From Octopus vulgaris (Eukaryota): DNA of 64,000 nt. This document shows, piece after piece, positions 54,035-64,000 of the stretch. Made by a program: the position numbers and the translations under genes. Position 1 is the stretch's first letter. Each line of letters begins with the position of its first letter. The notes under the pieces are model-generated. The model was given only the letters and a program-made list of their open reading frames with translations, did no database searches and was not told where the DNA came from. The stretch spans positions 118,916,001 through 118,980,000 of the forward strand of contig OX597816.1 in the NCBI GenBank assembly GCA_951406725.2. Reading direction: 5' to 3'.

Positions 54035-54525
54035 AGCCGCCGCCTCCATCTCCGCCGGTGCCCGCGCCTTCGCCTTCATCTCCGCCGGTGCCCCCGCCTC
54101 CACCGTCTCCACCGCCTCTGTCGCTGCCTCTGTCGCCACCGTGTCGCATCTGTCACCGCCGCCTCCGCTTTGCCTCTGCCTCCGCCTCCACCGCCTTCGC
54201 CTCCACCGCCTCAGCCTCCACTGCCTCCGCCACCGCCTCCACTGCCTTCGCCTCCACCGCCTCAGCCTCCACTGCCTCCGCCACCTCTGTTGCCGTTGCC
54301 ACTTCCGCCACCGCCGTTTCCACTTCCACCACCGGCTCCACCGCCGCCGCCTTCGCCTCTGCCGCCTTCGCCTCCGCCGCCTTCGCCTCCGCCGCCTTCG
54401 CCTCCGCCGCCTTCGCCTCCGCCGCCTCCGCCGCCATCGCCTCCGCCGCCACCGCCTCCGCCCCCGCCATCACCTCCACCACCACCACCACTACCTCCAC
54501 CACCACCACCACCACCACCACCACC
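54035..54525. repeat. GC-rich degenerate triplet tract with 15-bp GCCGCCTTCGCCTCC units
   Basis: Directly visible. Confidence 0.9.
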
Positions 54526-54688
54526 TTGCTGGGTATGTCGGATAAAATGCCTCGCTGTATTGTTCCGACTCACTGCACCTTGTCTGAGTTCAAATCTCGC
54601 TGTGGATTGACTTGACATAACACTTCATCTATTTAGGGCCAATAAGCAATGTATCATCCTAGTTAAATACTGTCTTTCTTTCTTTCTC

Positions 54689-54744
<56 letters not shown>

Positions 54745-55182
54745 TACTTTTCTTACTCCCCCCTCTCCCCTCTTCCACCTCTGTCTCTCTCTGAATCGGT
54801 TTTGTTGAAGGGCCCTAGAAAGGCGCTACCACTCTCTAGGGTCACCGAGAAAGGAAGAAAATATAATCGGAAGAGTCTAATTCGAGAGAGAAAGAGAAAG
54901 AATGAGAGAGAGGGAGAGATTTTGTTGCTAATTTTAGCAGGCTGAACGGCCATGTAGACATTCCTTCATCAGCTTACCATTGTTATGGAAAAATGACAAA
55001 AATTGGTAAGCTGCAAAATGGGATCGGTTATTTAGGTTCGATGGTTCTTGAAGTCAAAACAATCCAGCTGCAGGTGCTTCGATATATAAAAGAAAGAAAT
55101 TTAATATTATTTATTCGGTATTACTAAAATAAAATTTCCGTAAAATATGAAGTGTACTTTGTTTTTGGATTTGGTTTGCAAG

Positions 55183-55439
55183 ATTCTTTATATGAGTTCG
55201 TGTGTTGAAGCATGTTCTGTTGTGTCTGGGGAGAGTCATTTTCTTTGTGTGCCTTATAATGTAACACACTCAGGATTATTGAAAAGGTTGCAAGACGCAA
55301 CGAAAATTTTAGGAAAATAAAAATAAGAAGTGAGTGGAAATTTTACCGGTGAGTGTGTTACATTATAAGGCACAAAAAGAAAATGACTCTCCCCAGACAC
55401 AACAGAATATGCTTCAACACACGAACTCATATAAAGAAT
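55183..55439. mobile_element. PLE-type fold-back terminal fragment (90-bp inverted arms)
   Basis: 55183-55272 is the reverse complement of 55350-55439. The spacer holds an HHR-like motif. A homologue lies at 26741-26835. Confidence 0.75.
55276..55312 (+). ncRNA. Hammerhead-like motif with U3-A8 core and truncated stem I
   Basis: TTA-TTGAAAA-G-GTTGC AAGAC GCAAC-GAA-AATT-T-TAG. Confidence 0.5.
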
Positions 55440-56181
55440 GAACTGTACTGTTGAGGATGATTTCTGAATTTCATAAACGTTGCATTTATCAGGGATGTTT
55501 TGAAGAAACTCATCTACGCCTTTATCTGTGACTCCAAGCGCGTCAATTACAACTGGAATTCTTTGTCTTCAACTACCATATTCTAGTAATCTTACCATCA
55601 CCACCACTTCTATCATTATAGAACAGTAACAAAGCTAAATCTAAGTTGTTTGTCAACCAATATTATTTTCATTTCATTTCAGTTCAGATCAATTGTTAGT
55701 TTATATCTACTTTACTTGCTGTCGATGTATCTATCTAGTCCGACAATACAAAATTTGAATAACAAATTTAAAAAATTACATCCACGAGTATTTTGCTGAG
55801 TTATTTCACTTCCATTGAAAAATCTATCTTTCTATTTATAAGTTTATTATTCTATATAAGTCTTCTTTCTTCCATCCAGTCATTATGTATATCAATGTGG
55901 ACAGATAGATAAACAAATCGACAGATTGAAGATATAAAAAATTGAATATTAAATGTCATATTCTTGTCAGTCACAATAATATATGATGTCTAAAATTTCC
56001 ATCGACGAAGCACTTTACATTTCTTTCTGTCTTTTTCTGTCTACCTCTAACTTTTTAATTATATAATTTCCCTCTTCACATCGTTATAATTAATATATTT
56101 CTTTCTCTTTCTCATCATATCTCACTTCCACCAATCACGTGATAGCGTAATGCATTGGCTGGCAAAAGCATCACTACTCTT

Positions 56182-56224
<43 letters not shown>

Positions 56225-56699
56225 CTAACTCTTAATATAACTATCCCTTCCCGCTATGTCTATCTGCCTTTCTGTAACCTCACCACTAGAACCTACCCCA
56301 CTCTTCTAAACATTATATTTCTAACACTTATTTATCTATACCCCTCACTTCAACTAACTTTTTAACCACGTAATAATTTTATTACTCTTGTTGTTGGTGT
56401 TGTTGTTGTTATCATCATCATCATCATCATCATCATCATTATTATTATTATTATTGTTATTATTATATGAAAGCTCACAGCACATTTTGCTGGGTATGAC
56501 GGAAAGTGTCAGCTGTCCATAGCTAGCAGACCAGGGTGACACTTATTTACTGGTCATGCTTCGAGGACCCTGTGAAGAATTCTTGCAATTCCAAGCAATG
56601 CTGATTTTTGTAGGTGTTCTACCTTCACACTTGCACCAATCTTTTTCAGCCATGTTGGCAGTTGAGTGCTGATATTTCAAAGTGCACCAATTACTGTTG

Positions 56700-56799
<100 letters not shown>

Positions 56800-56806
56800 T
56801 TTATTT

Positions 56807-57108
56807 AGGTGCAAGCTGGCAGAATCGTTAACACACCGAACGAAAGGCTTAACGGATTTCTTCCGGCTTTGCTTTCTGAGTTCAAATGCCGCCGAGTTTG
56901 ACTTTGCATTTTATCCTTCTAGGATCGATGAAATAAGTACCATTTGAGGAGTGAGATCGATGAACACGACTAGCCTGCGCCTCCAAAATTTCAGGCCTTA
57001 TGCCAATGGTAGAAATTATTATTATTAGTACCAGTCGAGTGCTAGGGTCGATGTAATCGACTTATCTCCTCCCTTGAAATTGCTGGCCTCGTGCCAAAAT
57101 TCGAAATC
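56807..57108 (+). mobile_element. Family B SINE plus a second 3' fragment within (TTA)n
   Basis: Head GGTGCAAGCTGGCAGAATCGTTA with a Nin-like core. Confidence 0.82.
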
Positions 57109-57109
57109 A

Positions 57110-57173
<64 letters not shown>

Positions 57174-57346
57174 CATTAATAATAATAATAATGATAATAA
57201 TAATTTATTTATTTATTTATTTATAGCCAATAATAGCAAATACTAATATTTACTATTGGATATTTGTTTAGAAACCCAGGGGCTTGTGACTACTCACATT
57301 TATATTTCAAATGCAATTTGTGATCATTTTAGTCCTGAAAAGGCAA

Positions 57347-57426
<80 letters not shown>

Positions 57427-57533
57427 GCACACACACACACACACACACAGATATGCGTGCACACCCACACACCCACGGGGCACAAAAGCAAGCATGCAGA
57501 CATATTACTTAGTCTGACATGGAGGCATCTATC

Positions 57534-57588
<55 letters not shown>

Positions 57589-57630
57589 AGTCTGTCTGTC
57601 TGTCTGTCTGTCCGTCTGTCTGTCTGTCTA

Positions 57631-57673
<43 letters not shown>

Positions 57674-57970
57674 TACTATCTATTGCTAGTTTCTATCTAT
57701 GAGACCAAGAAATCTTTCTCGTACTCGTGTTTATAGACTATACTCCAATTCTTGGTTATAAACAATTTACATCAGTTCCCTTACAAAAGGTTCACATGTT
57801 ATCTTTTCCTTTCTCTAAAGAAAACATGTGGAGATCAGTGATGGCGGATAAACTGTCAAAATGGAAGAACGGGCTGCGTGGGTAAGAACTCAATTCACTA
57901 TTACATAGCTCTAGGTTCATTCTCAAAGCAAGTGGAAAGGATACAAACTAGATATGCTGCGAGTAATGTA

Positions 57971-58145
57971 GGGCGGTGAGCTGGCAGAATTGTAAGCAGA
58001 ATTGTGAGCTCAAATTCCACCGGCGTGGAGTTTGCCTTTCATCCATTCGGGGTCGATAAAGTAAGTATCAGTTGAATACCAGAGTCAATGTAATCGACTT
58101 ACCACCCACCTCCAAAACTACTGGCCCTGTGCCGAAATTGGAAGC
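57971..58145 (+). mobile_element. Family B SINE with internal deletion
   Basis: GGCGGTGAGCTGGCAGAAT...GCCTTTCATCCATTCGGGGTCGATAAA. Confidence 0.8.
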
Positions 58146-58204
58146 CATTACTAGATGAATCAAAGAATGAAATTATGTTGATGACGACAAGGACGATGCA
58201 GGCG

Positions 58205-58343
58205 AAAATGATGATGATGATGGTGATGATGATGGTGATGATAATGATGATGATGATGATGATGATGATGATAAGGATGATGATGGTGATGATGATGATG
58301 ATGATGATGATGGTGATGATGATAATGATGATGGTGATGGTGA

Positions 58344-58377
<34 letters not shown>

Positions 58378-58530
58378 GGTGATGATGATGATGGTGATGG
58401 TGATGATGATGATGATGATGATGAGGAGGAGGAGGAGGATCAAGGATGGTAATGACAACATCGACAACATTAGAAACGTTTGACGGCGATGACGACGATG
58501 ACGATGAGGACGATGATGACAATGAGGACG
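58205..58530. repeat. (GAT/GGT)n tract
   Basis: Directly visible. Confidence 0.92.
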
Positions 58531-58930
58531 CTGATGAGGAGGGCAATGATGGGATGGCAATGAAGATGAACAATAACAAGGACATCAATATCAACAGAAA
58601 TAACATGGATAAAAATAATGATGAAACAAAAAAAGACGATGAGCAACCAGATGATGTAAAAAAAATAAAAAATTGAGAAAAGAAAGGGAGAAGTAAAGAT
58701 TGATTTCAGCATCACTCATCGTTTTTTGAAATTTCTGGTTTTATTTGGTTTCGTTTTATTTTAAATCGAAACCGAGTTTGAAATGAACGTTTAGATAACA
58801 AATTAAATGTTTATTGTTGTCTTATTTTGAAACGAAAAAAAAAAAAACAACCAAAAAAACCAAACGATAAACAAAACAGAAACAATGAAAACAGAGAAAA
58901 TACGAGCAGACATAGAAAGTAGAGTACAAA

Positions 58931-58985
<55 letters not shown>

Positions 58986-59216
58986 AGGAATAAATGAACA
59001 AATAACAAAGATTAAAACTAAATACATAGAAAGATATAGAAATCCACTGATTTTTGTTATTTCTAACTGATCGTTCCAGTTGGATTAGCGCGAGAGTTCC
59101 AGATGAGTAACGGAGGAGAGAGGTAGAGTGAAAGAGAAAGAATGAGAGAAAATAGTGAAGGAGAGAAAGAAAAGGAGAAGGAGAGAGAGGGAGAGAGAGA
59201 GGAATGGAGAGAGAGA

Positions 59217-59264
<48 letters not shown>

Positions 59265-59747
59265 GATAAAGGGTCGTGAAACTGGAAGTTCACAACTTCA
59301 CTCAACATCGTTGAACAAATGCTGACGCATCAGAGTGCATTTGTACTTCAGCCTGGTTTGTTAATCATCTGACGGCAGAATAGGCAGCACATTGGCCCTC
59401 TCCCCCGCCACCAACCCACCTACCTACGTACCCCACCCACCCCAAATGGCATTATCTAATTACGTCGCTTCAACGTCCGGGTTCGAACCAAGCCAAGATT
59501 AACATTGTCTTTCATCCCTCGTGGAGAGACGGTCGATAAAAAGATATATACCAGTTATGTATTAATGTCAACAAGCACACCCATGGCCGTGAAGCTGACT
59601 TCCTCTTACTAAGTGGCTTTGGTGTCAGTCCCACTGCGTGCCATCTACTATGGCCCCGGTCAACCAAAGCTTTCTGAATGAATTTGGTAGGCAGAAAATG
59701 AAAGAAGCCCGGGGTATATATATATACAAATATATATAAATATATAT

Positions 59748-60048
59748 GTGAAGGCGCAATGGCCCATTGGTTAGGGCAGCGGACTCGCGGTTGTAGGATC
59801 GTGGTTTCGATTCTCAGACTGGGCGTTGTGAGTGTTTATTGAGCGAAAACACCTAAAGCTCCACGAGGCTCCGGCAGGGGGTGGTGGCAATCCCTGCTGT
59901 ATTCTTCCGCCGCAACTTTCTCTCACTCTTTTCAGTTGTCCTGCTCACTTAGCCAGCGGGGTGGCGTCATTTGAAGGCTAAAACAATGCGAAGCGCATTG
60001 TGACCAGCGATGTGTAGCAACATCTGATAGCCTGGTCGGTCACGTGAT
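59748..60048 (+). mobile_element. Full-length tRNA-headed SINE, family D
   Basis: A box TGGCCCATTGG, B box GTTTCGATTC, distinct body and tail ...GCGAAGCGCATTGTGACCAGCGATGTGTAG. Confidence 0.82.
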
Positions 60049-60050
60049 AT

Positions 60051-60470
60051 TTTTACTCTTTACTCTTTTACTTGTTTCAGTCATTTGACTGCGGCCATGC
60101 TGGAGCACCACCTTTTAGTCGAGCAAATCGACCCCGGGACTTATTCTTTGTAAGTCCAGTACTTATTCTATCGGTCTCTTTTGCCGAACCGCTAAGTGAC
60201 GGGGATGTAAACACACCAGCATCGGTTGTCAAGCAATGCTAGGGGGACAAACACAGACACACAAACACACACATACATACATATATATATATATATACAT
60301 ATATTCGACGGGCTTCTTTTCAGTTTCCGTCTACCAAATCCACTCACAAGGCATTGGTCGGCCCGGGGCTATAGCAGAAGACACTTGCCCAAGATGCCAC
60401 GCAGTGGGACTGAACCCGGAACCATGTGGTTGGTTAGCAAGCTACTTACCACACAGCCACTCCTGCGCCT
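60051..60470 (-). mobile_element. Full-length, apparently young family A SINE
   Basis: Head AGGCGCAGGAGTGGCTGTGTGGTAAG, B-box-like GGTTCAGTCCC, internal (TA)/(TG) tract, (AAAGAGT)n tail. Confidence 0.92.
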
Positions 60471-60549
60471 ATATATATATATATATATTTTTCTAGTTTC
60501 ATCTCAGAGCTGCGGCCATGCATATATACATATTAGCTTATATATATAT

Positions 60550-60649
<100 letters not shown>

Positions 60650-60924
60650 TACTACGCGCGAGTGAGGGTGTGGTTGTTACTTTCTGTTTCTTATCGCCAT
60701 ATGCTCCCTCATTGTTTCTCTCTACTTTCTCTTTCACTTTCTCACTCTCATACTCTTCCTTTCTCTCGGAGTCTCCCTAGTTTTCTCTCACTCTCTATCT
60801 TTATCTATTTCTCTCCCATTTATAAAAAAATAGATTTACGCGCTTACATTACAAATCCGCTTCCACTTTACCATGTTGAAAATTAGATTGAACTCGGGCA
60901 AAAGGCGTCCAATCTTAAAATAAA

Positions 60925-61464
60925 TTAGCGGTTGGCCAATCGAGATCGATGAAATAATATAGCGGTTCGCCAAATGTGATCGATAAAATTACTTAGCAGT
61001 TCGCCATACGTAAGCGATAAAATAACTTAGCGGTTCGCCAAAGGAGATCGATTAAATGATCTAGCGGTTCGCCAAACATGATCGATAAAATGACATAGCG
61101 GTTCGCCAAACGATATCGATAAAATGACTAGCGGTTCGACAAACGGGATCGATAATATGACTTAGCGGTTCGCCAAACATGATCGATAAAATGACGTAGC
61201 TGCTCGCTAAACGAGATCGATAAAATGACTTAGCAGTTCTTTAAACGACATCGATAAAATGCCGTAGCAGGTCGGCAAACGAGATCGATAAAATGCAACA
61301 GCATTTCGCCAAACGTGATCGATAAAATGACGTAGCGGTTCGCCAAACGAGATCGATAAAATGACTTAGCGGTTCTCCAAACGGGATCGATAAAATGACT
61401 TAGCGGTTCTTCAAACGAGATCGAAAAAGTGACGTAGCTGTTCGACAATCATGATCGAGAAAAT

Positions 61465-61468
<4 letters not shown>
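60925..61468. repeat. Tandem array of about 16 units of 34 bp
   Basis: Consensus CTTAGCGGTTCGCCAAACGAGATCGATAAAATGA with no unique spacers. Confidence 0.92.
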
Positions 61469-61517
<49 letters not shown>

Positions 61518-61606
61518 GGAAAGTTTACGAAGATAAACAAAAGACGAAGACAGGTGGTGTACAAAACAAACAGATGTATTAGTATAGCGCTCAGGAATAG
61601 AAAAAG

Positions 61607-61644
61607 TCTTTTGCGTTTCGAGCCTACGCTCTTCTACAGAAAGA
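61607..61644 (-). ncRNA. Mutated hammerhead-like motif in a short repeat (61514-61720) inside (TA)n
   Basis: TCTTT-CTGTAGA-A-GAGC GTAG GCTC-GAA-ACGC-A-AAAGA. Core A6 and U16.1 deviate. Confidence 0.5.
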
Positions 61645-61723
61645 TACACAGAAAAAAACAAGGAGAGAAACAAGGAAAGAAAACAGGAGAGAAAAAAGGA
61701 GAGAAAAAGGAGAGAAAAAATAC

Positions 61724-61757
<34 letters not shown>

Positions 61758-61924
61758 GTATTACATGGAAAAATGCGTGCGAGAGAAATAATATTCATAA
61801 CATTATAAACCTGGAAAATTACATAAAAGTTATTACACTTGGAAAAGTTCCGGACAAGTTATTACATCTGGTAAAGTACAGAACAAGAAATTTTTTACTT
61901 AAAATATTACAGCTAAGGATAAAA

Positions 61925-62317
61925 TCTTTATATATAAAAGTGAAGTAGTGTGTCTGTCTCCTACGATTTATATTCCTAACTACTCCCACATTTTGCGGTG
62001 CAGTTTAACCAAAACCGGGTATCTTATAGTCGTGATTCATATCGAGCCCTTCTGGGTATTTTCTCGCGTCTACGATGAGTCTACGATTTAAAAAAATTAC
62101 CATAATTTTTTTCCATTTTAATGCATTTTTTCGCTATTATATAAGGGAAGTAACTCTCTAAAAATGTCTACGATGAGTCAACGATTTAAAAAAAAATTTA
62201 CCATCATTTGTTTTCCATTTTTAATGTATTTGTTTGCTAATTTTTGGCTATAACTCTAAAAATGCTTATATAGTTATTTCCCTTACAAACCCGAGCAACG
62301 CCGGGCGATACTGCTAG
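61925..62317 (+). mobile_element. Non-autonomous Helitron
   Basis: 5' A|TCTTTATATATAAAAG, 3' hairpin CCCGAGCAACGCCGGG then CTAG|T, no TSD, and an internal duplication starting TCTACGATGAGTC. Confidence 0.88.
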
Positions 62318-63788
62318 TTTCAAATAAAATATTTAGATTTAGAAAATATCAGTTTTTATCAAAAGTAAAAAAATTGATTACAAGTTATTACTTCTATTTG
62401 TTATTTACTTGTTACTTCTATAAAAAAAAAACTCAAAATATTTTTTGCACTTTAAAAAAATTCATTTTTTCAATTGTTAATTAATAATTAGAAATTTGAA
62501 AGTAGGTTATAAACGAGAATAGTAGTACATAATTAGCACAATAAATAGAATACAAAAATTAGTTATGTATTACAGTAAAATCTACCGATAACAAATTCAC
62601 AATAAAAATTTGCTTGTGTTATTGCCCAAGTCTTAAGATTTTTAGGCTTGAGCCAATGCCTATTTTTTACTTAATGAATTTGCCTACCATATATACTATT
62701 CTACTTTGCATAAAACTTTAGCTATATTGGTACTGCTGGCTCTCAGTTTTAAAGTATTCTAGTGTGTCAACATTTTAACAAAATGATTGTACCTTTTTTA
62801 ATTATAATGTTACTTTATAAATTAAAATCAAATAATTTTTAATATTCAAATTTTTTCCTTAGCTGCAATATTCTAAGTAATAAGTTGTCCTGGCTCGCAT
62901 TTTTCCATGTAATCCATGCTTTTTCCAGGCTATGCTATTATGCTAATTAATAATGTATCAAATGTGTCAATTAGCGGTGTCATTGATAACTTTTTCTTCA
63001 CCTCAATGACGCTGGTGAAATATATTAAAAGTCCCCTTATAGAACTATATTATCATCCAAAAATTTGAGAAACAAACATTCATAACTTTTTTCTTTTAAA
63101 ACTTCATTGCATAAGATTAATACCATGAAATTCCTCGAATTTAAGCTTAATTAAAATATAGTCTGTTTTAAAAATAAAAAGTTAATTATACTTGAATCTA
63201 ATTTTTTGCTTTACTTATATATTTGTCATGATATTTAACCTCACAACATTTTTATTACAAATTTTTTTTTGCATGAGAACAAAACTATGAAATTCTTCGT
63301 GTCTCCTTCTATTATTTGAAGCTAAGATAAATATATTTTGCTTTTAAAATAAAAATGTTAGTTAGATCTAAACTTGATTGGTGGTATTACTTACTCTTCT
63401 GTAACGTTGCTACAAATTTTGATGTAAACTTTTTTTCTACTGGATCAAATCTCAATTTTTTTAATGCTAAAATGTAGCTAGGGATCAGACTTCTTCAAAA
63501 ATGTTAGCAGTTTCCAATTTGGTTAAGTACTGAAGTTGTGACAAGCTCTGATAGGTGCAGCCTTAAGAATATATATATGGAAAAGAAACCGAATAAAGGT
63601 TGAAAATGCGTTGAGTTTTTAATACTTGTATCATTTGTTTATGTTTCTTTTTTTAATATTAAAATACCTTTTTTTTATGTGTTTATATATTACGGAGGTG
63701 AAGGTAAGTTTTACATACATAACACACGCAAAACACACATACACACAGAAAGGGGGAGTAAAGCTTACATGCTACCTTCTTTTATTAT

Positions 63789-64000
63789 TTTACTTGTTTC
63801 AGTCATTTGACTGTGGCCATGCTGGAGCACCGCCTTAAAGAATTTTAGTCGAAGAAATCGACCCCAAGACTTATTCTTTGTAAGCTTACTACTTATTCTA
63901 TCGGTTTCTTTTGCCGAACCACTAAGCTACGGGGACATAAACACACCAGGATCGGTTGTCAAGCGATGGTGGGGTGGAAGACACACAAATATAGACATAT
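63789..64000 (-). mobile_element. Family A SINE 3' half running off the window
   Basis: Near-identical to 60067-60265. Confidence 0.88.

Noticed and set aside
54058-54618. Pro-, Ala- or Gly-rich protein (extensin or antifreeze-like)
   Set aside because: Open in nearly all frames because of GCC/CCT triplet repeats. No splice or start context, and it runs into a SINE remnant.
58160-58606. Secreted His-rich protein (signal-peptide-like start and poly-His)
   Set aside because: Explained by the (CAT)n microsatellite and T-rich low complexity. Overlapping frames are equally open. It cannot be supported without expression data.
60925-61468. CRISPR-like array (34-bp periodic repeats)
   Set aside because: Units are contiguous with no unique spacers, there are no cas genes, the context is eukaryotic, and the unit derives from a SINE.

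Overview
AT-rich, microsatellite-saturated metazoan intronic or intergenic DNA. The SINE complement and the (TA)n/(TG)n/(TATG)n density suggest a cephalopod, probably octopus (inference). No host protein-coding gene is convincingly supported, and almost all ORFs in the supplied track are microsatellite read-throughs. The window is a transposon patchwork: a decayed Tx1/L1-type LINE, four recognisable Penelope-like elements (PLEs; two Neptune-type, two Naiad-type), a DD41D-like Tc1/mariner, mariner, pogo and hAT MITEs, a non-autonomous Helitron, CR1 and RLE-type LINE fragments, and dozens of tRNA-derived SINE copies. The most interesting hidden signal is about ten minimal type I hammerhead ribozyme (HHR) motifs, read by eye, with palindromic stem III. 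They include compensatory core variants (C3-G8, U3-A8, A3-U8). One HHR sits in a ~310 bp non-coding element that combines a tRNA-like Pol III head, the ribozyme, a PLE-style inverted terminal copy and a 12-bp target duplication (42362-42672), a candidate PLE-mobilised ribozyme-SINE. Also notable are a SINE-derived 34-bp tandem array, a seamless T-shaped hairpin, an inverted templated insertion, and repeated targeting of (TA)n tracts.
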